Origin: the human T2T-CHM13v2.0 reference genome, Homo sapiens
NCBI RefSeq assembly: GCF_009914755.1
Contig: NC_060928.1
Length of the DNA: 64,000 nt
Strand: one strand, 5' to 3'
Shown here: positions 54,001 to 64,000 of the stretch, piece by piece
Numbering within the stretch: the first letter of the stretch is position 1
Layout of the letters: each line of letters starts with the position of its first letter
Notes under the pieces: generated by a model
Databases searched by the model: none
The model's input: only the letters and a program-made list of their open reading frames with translations
What the model was told of the DNA's origin: nothing
Translations under genes and position numbers: made by a program

Positions 54001-55228
54001 CCCATAGACAACAGAACCAAACATCAAAGGCTTCAGATGCAGGAATTGTTGGACACAGAATTATTATATATGTTTAAATACATTAAAAACCCTTGGAAAT
54101 ATGAGCAAGGAACAAGAGGCTATTTTTCAAAAGACAAAGAGTTGAAAAAAATTCAACAGAACTACTGGAAATGAAAAATACAGTTCCTCAGAATGAAGAG
54201 AAAGACAGATGAAAAATATAAAAAAGAGATGTAGCAGAGAGTCACATAGCCCAACATTTGTCTAATTGGAGTTCCAAGAAAAGATACAAATGAATGGCGT
54301 TTAGATCAACAGCTAGCTTCTTAATGCGACAATGGGATGCCAGAAGCCAGTAGAATAATATCTTAATATGATGAGATAAAATAACTGTGAATCTAGAATT
54401 ACAAGACCAGCAAAAGTATTTTAAAAGCATGGATTAAATAAGTACATTTTTAACTACCTAAATCTGAGAGAGCTTACTATACAAACCCTCACTAAAGGAG
54501 ATAGTTCAAGCAGAAAAAAATAATACTAGAAGAAAGGCTGAGATGTAAGAAAGAATGGTTAGCAGAGACATCAACAAGGATGCAGCTAAATCAACTGAAA
54601 AATACTAATAATGCCTAATTTGAAAGAACCAAAATTGTGGTCACAAAAGCATGTAAATTGATATAGGAGCACTTCGAGATCAGTAATTGCAAATCTCTTG
54701 TATTACTCAGGAAGAGAATATTGATTAATGTTGGACTTTATATATGTTAAAGTAACGAGGCTAGCCACCGAAATAAGAAAAATAACTATATAACTTCAGA
54801 CAGGGGAAAGTGGTCATTTTCAGATATGATTTTATGTGTCAAATATACAGAAAAATGTCAGTCTCTAGTTTGCAAATTTGCCAGACAAAAAATCAAAAGA
54901 CAAAAATCAGTTTCAAATACATACACCAGCACCGTCAGGAAAAGCATTTTTTTTCATTTACCGTAGTGAGAAAAAGCATAATGTACTTAGGAGAAATCTA
55001 ACAAGAGACATACAAGCCTGTACATTTCATTCTTTGCTATTTCTCTTTAACATGTAATGGTTTATGCACTGTAAGTCATAGTAAAAATGTTGAGCAAAGG
55101 AATAAAGTCATAGAAGAGTACGTAGCATGATTCTATTATCATACTTAAGTCAAGGTAAAAGTAAATGACATATTGTTTAGAAATTCAAATGCAGTGGAAA
55201 AATTAAAACCAAAAATGTCAGCGATCAG

Positions 55229-55360
55229 TTGGGTGCAGTGGCTCATGCCTATAATCCCAGAACTTCAGGAGGCCAAGGCAAGGAGATTGCTCGAGTTCAG
55301 GAGTTTGAGGCCAGCCTGGGCAACAAAGTGAGAACCTGTCTTTCTTTACGAGAAAAAAAG
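55229..55360 (+). mobile_element. Alu monomer (FLAM/AluJ left arm)
   Basis: tgggtgcagtggctcatgcc...ggagtttgaggccagcctgggcaaca, then an A-rich tail. Confidence 0.8.
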
Positions 55361-55567
55361 AAGCCAGTGATCAATACAAATTCAAGTTACTAATTATCTC
55401 TGGGACAAAAAAGAGAGACATAAAGTGATGTGTATGTTAATTGGCTCAATTTAGATATTCTGCAATGTACACATATTTCTGAACAACAAAAAAAAAAGAG
55501 AAAGGAAAAAAGAGATATAAAAAGGAAGGGGCACACAGAGGCTTTCAAAAATTTGAAAATTCTAGTA

Positions 55568-58364
<2,797 letters not shown>

Positions 58365-59629
58365 TAATGTCTATTTCCAGAGATGGGTGGCATGTGTATG
58401 GGTTTTTATTTTACTATTGTCCATTAAACAGTCTTACATGTTTCAACATACCATCTGGCAGATATTTCACAATAAAATTTTAAAACTCAATGTAAATAAG
58501 TTATCTAATCAAAAAATAAAGATGTTCCTGTGAATGACCTCTTTGGACTAACCCTAGGAAGATTTTATCTGCATTTTAATGATGGACTGTAGAAGAAATA
58601 AGACCAGGTCTGGGCCATGTTAGGAGTGCGGTGGCGGAGGGTCTGGATAGCCTGGGAAAATATGCCAGCTATGCTACTCTTCTTCGTTCCTAAGCATTTT
58701 AATCTGGGCTGCTTTCCCAGAACCCTCAGACACCTGGACTGCAAGAAAATTAAGACTTGGTGATGTTCACAAACGATCCTTTCGTGAACAGGTTTCCTAT
58801 ACTACCCTTTAATGCAACAATGGGATGAAGAGATGAAGACTTCTAGCAGGCTACCTCAGAAAGGTTGCTGACCAAAGGCTGTATGGACCAAAAAGTCATA
58901 ACACCACCCTGGATGAAAGGACATTTACCTAAGGAATTACCCGCTCTCAATTCTTCCCAGGTGCATGTAGTATAGATTAAATAAGGTGGTTGTATGGCAA
59001 CAGAGACATTATTAGAAACATTCTTCTTGAAGTTTGACAACAAAGCAGTAGATGTGTATCTACTACAGAGTTGTTAGTGAAAAAAGGTATGTTTGAAGTA
59101 ATCAATTGGTATTCATTTTAAACAGTAATGGTCTTACTGAAGCTAAGTTTAATACATGCTGTGTTTGGAAGTAATTTCTTTACCACTGTGTAGAAACCTT
59201 CACAGCTGTTCTTTTTTTGTTGTTGTGTTGTTGACATTCAGTAGCAAATTACAAGAATCTCTGATGAAAACTCCTTACAGCTAGATGTGTTCTTATTTTT
59301 GAATTCAGACTCAGTGTCAATGATCTCACTACTCTATCTCCAATTTTCCCAAATACATGGGTAAATTGTAAGTGGAAGCTAATTTATCTTCAAAAATTTG
59401 AAGGGCAGGATAGACACTGTCTAGTTTGGAAATATTAAGAATATAATTCTTAGTGAATATAAATAAATAGTTTTTGATTTCCCATAATTTTTCATAGGCT
59501 AGCTTAAAAAATTCTTTCTTGCTTACCTTTTAAATTACTTAGCTCTAACAATTTCTACTTTGCAAATTTTGCAGAAATAACATTAAATGGAGCAGAAAAT
59601 AAAGCTAGTATAGGGTAGAGAAGGATTAC

Positions 59630-59743
59630 CTGACTTAGAGCACAGGGAAAGAACTCCATCTTCATTTCCACTAAAAATTGAATATTTCATGCTGTCCTGA
59701 ATTGAGTCAGGAGCAAAAGCTTTAACAGTCACAATAGAAGTAC
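59630..59743 (-). CDS. DCHS2: DCHS2 internal coding exon (114 nt, phase 1-1), partial cadherin repeat
   Basis: Acceptor tttttacag|GT and donor TCAG|gtaatc. Encodes (G)TSIVTVKAFAPDSIQDSMKYSIFSGNEDGVLSLCSKS(G), with a cadherin-type YSIxSGN motif. Phase matches the next exon. Confidence 0.93.
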
Positions 59744-59839
59744 CTGTAAAAATTAGGTAAAAAAAGAACTCCATTAGGATAAAAAAATTTCATGGAAACA
59801 CAAGAGAAAATACTGATTATTTATTATTTGCCTACTATG

Positions 59840-60510
59840 TTTTCACTTGTTCATTGATTCAACAATAACTTATTGTCTTCAATGAGCCAGATCCCATGCT
59901 AGGTGCTAGGGATATACTAGCAAACAAGATAGAAAAGATCTCTGTCCTCATGGTGGTTATTAACTTGTGTAAGGAGACAGACAATAAACCATTAAAACAT
60001 ACATAATCATAGAAAAGTTTCAATTGTGTCAGGCCCTTAGAAAGAGAGAAATAAGGTTACTTGATATAAGGTACTTCTTTTTCAGGGGAAGCACCAGACT
60101 TTAGAGAGGTCTGGGGACAGTGAAGGATGAGAAGCCATAGAAACAGCTGGAAGAAGAGGATTTTGGGAAAAAGAGCCACCACCACAAAGGCTGTGGGCTA
60201 GGAAAGGGCTTGGTTGGGTAAAGCACAATGAGTAGGGGAAGAAGAAGAAGGTGGAGATGGCAGGATAAGCAAAGGTCAGATTTTATTGTAAGTGCAAAGG
60301 GAAGTCATGGAAGCATTTTAAGGAGTAGAGTAAAATATGATTTGCTTTTTAAAAATATCATACTAAGTGCTGTGAGAACAGAGAAGAGAGGGGTAAGAAT
60401 GGAGCAGAGAGGCCAATTAAGATAATACTGCAATAGTCCAAGCAGAAGACAATGACCTAGGACTGTGGGATGGGAGATGGAGAGACATGGACAGATTAAA
60501 GACATTTGAC
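59840..60510. mobile_element. L2 fragment
   Basis: ttcattgattcaacaa...atgctaggtgctagggata...tctgtcctcatgg...gcaatagtccaagcaga. Confidence 0.7.
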
Positions 60511-60989
60511 ACACTGCCCCAAAACACTGGAGGTGGGAGTGGGAAAGGAGGCTATGAGAGCATAAAGAAAAGAAATATTCCCTCAACCAGCTTCCGATCT
60601 AGCTGTAGGAAAAAGCAACCCAACTAGAGAGTAACCAGCAACTTAACTGCAAGACATGAATTAATTCAAGATTTGTTCAGATAGAGCAGGGGCAAAGAGA
60701 TAACTTTAAGGGAGAAACAGAAATTCAGTTAGGTATAGGAATTGGAAAGACAAAAGAGAAGGAAGTCATTTTAAGTTACGGGAACAGACTAAATACCAAC
60801 ATGAAAGAAGAATTAGCAAGGACTGATAGAGGCAAGAAGACAATCCTTGTAATTAGATCTAGAACCAAATAAGGCAGGAGTGGGGAATAAATTTAAATAG
60901 GAAGTATAAATACAGTGTGAAGAAGGGTAAGAGAGGTAGCAAGAGAATGGGAGAGCTTGAGAGCCAGGGAGATAAGTGTGGCTTTATGT

Positions 60990-61180
60990 CAAGAATCAGC
61001 TAATTTTTCTGTCAAGGGCCAGATATTAATTATTTTAGGCTTTACAAGTCACACAGTCCTGTTGCAAATACTCAAATCTGCTATTGTAGCATGAAAGTAG
61101 TCACAGACAATGCATAACCAAGGGAGTGTGGCTGTGTTTCAATAAAACTTTATTTACCAAAATAAGTGGATGAGCAGATC
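60990..61180 (+). mobile_element. MER58A hAT element
   Basis: aagggccagata...attttaggcttt...gtggctgtgtttcaataaaactttatttac. Confidence 0.8.
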
Positions 61181-61469
61181 CTCGCTTTATGTGACAGGAA
61201 GCAATGAAGAAATGCAAAGTTCTTGAGGGGACTGATATACTAAGAGAAGATGCTGAGTGCCTTTAAGGCAAACCGGGTAGGGCAGCTGTCTGTATGGGAA
61301 GCTCTGTGGAAAAAGTCATCTACAGCAGCCGGAAGGGTCCCAAGTATTCATTTGGTCCCCAAGTTAGTACTTTGATGTCCTTGTAATATTTTATGTCCTT
61401 TGCTGCTCATCTTTCCCAGTTGTCTATGTGTCACCCTCTTAGGATTGCCTGCCTTGTTTTGTAAAAGTA

Positions 61470-62625
61470 TTTTTTTACTTAATCAATTTCATTTATGTGA
61501 AATTTACATACAATAATCTGTACATATTTTAAATATAGAGTTCTATGAATCTTGAAAATATATACACTGTGTAATCAGTATCATAAGCATAAAATATTTT
61601 CTATGATCAGTATCATGATCATAGAATATATTCGACACCTCAAAATGCTTTCTTATGCCCATTTCAGTTTTCTCTCACTTTTGGCCCCAGTAAATCACTG
61701 ATCTGCTTTCTATAAGTCTACATTAGTTCTGCCTCTTAAATTTCATACATTTGTGAATTACACAATACCTGATTTCTTTTGCTCAGCATTTTTTGAGAAT
61801 CAAGCATGTTATTTTATGTATAAAAATTCATACAATTGTTATTGCAGAGTAATATTCTATTAAATGGAAAACCACAATTTCTTTTTCATTTACCTAGGGA
61901 TGGGCATTTGAATTATTTCCAGTTTTTGGCTATTATGAAAAAAACTGCTATGAACATTCATACACAAGTGTGTGTGTGGACCCATGTTTTCACTGATCAA
62001 GGCTAAATACCTACGGTAAGTATACATTTAACCTTATAAGAAAATGCAAAACTATTTTTCCAAAGTAGTATCATTTTACATTTCTTCTAACAACATATGA
62101 GAATGGCAGTTGCTCTACTAATATGGTTTGGCTTTGTGTCCCCACCCAAATCTCATCTCAAATTGTAATCCTCATAATCTTCAGGTGTCAAGGGAGGCAC
62201 CAGGTGGGAGGTGATGGGATCATGGGGGCACTTTCCCCATGCTGTTCTCATGATAGTGAGTGAGTTCTCATGAGATCTGATGGTTTTATAAGGCAGTTTT
62301 CCCTGCTCTTGCCCACTGTCTCTCACCTACTGCCATGTAAGGCATGCCTCCACCCCTTCCACCATGTTTATAAGTTTCCTGAGGCCTCCCCAGCCATGCA
62401 GAACTGTGAGTCAATTAAACCTCTTTCCTTTGTAAGTTACCCAGTCACAGGTAGTATCTTTATAGCAGTGTGAGAACGGACTGATAACATCCACATTGAT
62501 TGGTATTATCAATCTTTTAAATTGTAGCCATCCTAGTGGATATGTAGTATCTTACAGTGGTTTTAATTTAATTTATCTGGTGTCTGGTGATATTGTGCAT
62601 CTTTTCATGTGCTTATTGGCCACTT
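61470..62625 (-). mobile_element. L1MB/ME 3' fragment, split by a THE1 LTR
   Basis: tttccagtttttggctattatg...gctatgaacattcatacacaagt...ttttcatgtgcttattggcca. Confidence 0.7.
62119..62489 (+). mobile_element. THE1D/MSTA solo LTR
   Basis: atatggtttggctttgtgtccccacccaaatctcatct...aattaaacctctttcc...aca. TSD tcYac at 62114-62118 and 62490-62494. Confidence 0.88.
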
Positions 62626-62708
62626 CCTCCTCTTTTTAATCCATCTTTGGTCCTTGGCCTCCTGTTTACTACTCACATACTATTCCTCAGAAACTTCCTC
62701 ATAGTTCC

Positions 62709-63422
62709 ACTTCTACGCTGTTGGTGAAAATGTAAACTAGTACGACGACTATGGAAAACAGTCTGCAGATTCCTTAAAGAACTAAAAGTAGATCTACCAT
62801 TTGATCCAGCAATCCCACTTCTGGATATCTACCCAGAGGAAAAGAAGTCATTATACAAAAAAGATACCTGTGTATGCGTGTTTAGGGCAGCACAATTCAC
62901 AATTGCAAAAATATGGAACCAGCCCAAATGCCTATCAATCATCGAGTAGATTAAGAAAATGTGATATATATATATGCACACACACCATGGAATACCTCTC
63001 AGCCATAAAGAGAAATGAAATAATGGCATTCACAGCAACCTGGATGGAATTGGAGACTATTATTCTAAGTGAAGTAACTCAGGAATGGAAAACCAAACAT
63101 TGTGTATTCTCATTCGTATGTGGGAGCTAAGCTAAGAGGATGCAAAGGCATAAGAATGATACAATGAACTTTGGGGACTTGGGGGAAAAGGTGGGGAAGT
63201 GAAGGATAAAAGACTATACAATAGATACTATATACACTGTTTGGGTGACGGGTGCACCAAAATCTCAGAAATCACCACTAAATAAGTTATTCATGTAACC
63301 AAAGACCATCTGTTTCCCCAAAACCTACTGAAATAAAAACTTAAATTTAAAAGAAACAAAAAAACAAATATGTATACATAGAAAAAATATTATATATATG
63401 TATATTCTAAAAAATAAATGAA
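62709..63422 (+). mobile_element. L1MA/PB 3' end with 20-bp TSD
   Basis: ORF 62801..63130 contains the ORF2 C-terminal TWMELETIILSE. TSD agaaRcttcctcatagttcc at 62689-62708 and 63423-63442. Confidence 0.88.
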
Positions 63423-64000
63423 AGAAGCTTCCTCATAGTTCCTTTACTGGCCTTAGTCCTCTGATATTAGGCCTGTAATTTATGGCATCTGTTTTACACT
63501 CCCAATCTTGCAATGCCTGTGCTTCTTCACTTAACTGTCATCCTGCCCTATACGATTACACATACTGGTAAAAGTATGCACACTGTCCTGACTGGGGAGA
63601 GATGGATAGGGAGTAAGGCTATAGGAGTCTACCCTGCTGCTGGGTGCACAGTAACAGAGGCCATGTATAAGACAGTGGTAACAAGTCACAAGAGGAAAGT
63701 AAGAGGAAACATCTAAAAGGAACAGGAGCTGACATGGTGTCAGAGATGAGTACAGAGCAGGGCTCATCATCCCATATGCATTTGGGTAAAAGCAAGAAGC
63801 AGGAACAAATGTAGGGGTCAAATGGTGGAGGAGGCCAGAAAATGTCTCAGACAGTCACTGTCAGCCTATCGCTGTCAGCAGGGAAAAGAGGCTTCAGGAT
63901 GCTGAAGATTCTGGGCTTTTCAAGAGAAGCTCAAAATTTTATATATTTATTTTTATTTGAAATCTCTCAATTTCTAAGTGTTGGAAAATAATTTAATTTA

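Overview
AT-rich, CpG-poor primate (most likely human) genomic DNA containing the 3' end of a Dachsous-family protocadherin gene on the minus strand, recognised as DCHS2 from the translated sequence rather than a database search. Seven coding exons (59630-59743, 49275-49486, 45247-45398, 32385-32515, 30280-30566, 28912-29044, 24277-26900) have GT-AG boundaries and matching phases. They splice into one open frame of 3653 nt encoding the distal cadherin repeats, the transmembrane helix and a cytoplasmic tail ending EDEVQI. A probable 3' UTR and about 21 kb of repeat-rich downstream DNA follow. The rest is mostly Alu, L1, L2, MIR, LTRs and DNA transposons, including a near full-length Tigger7. 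I see no new multi-gene system. The best leads are: (1) a second open 212-nt exon-like segment (47060-47271) with the same length and phases as the 49275-49486 exon, suggesting mutually exclusive splicing; (2) a strong cryptic acceptor in the last intron followed by an in-frame stop and five ATTAAA hexamers, suggesting a soluble DCHS2 isoform; (3) an L1 insertion carrying a TSD-bounded 108-bp 3' transduction. The two splicing leads are hypotheses that need RNA data.
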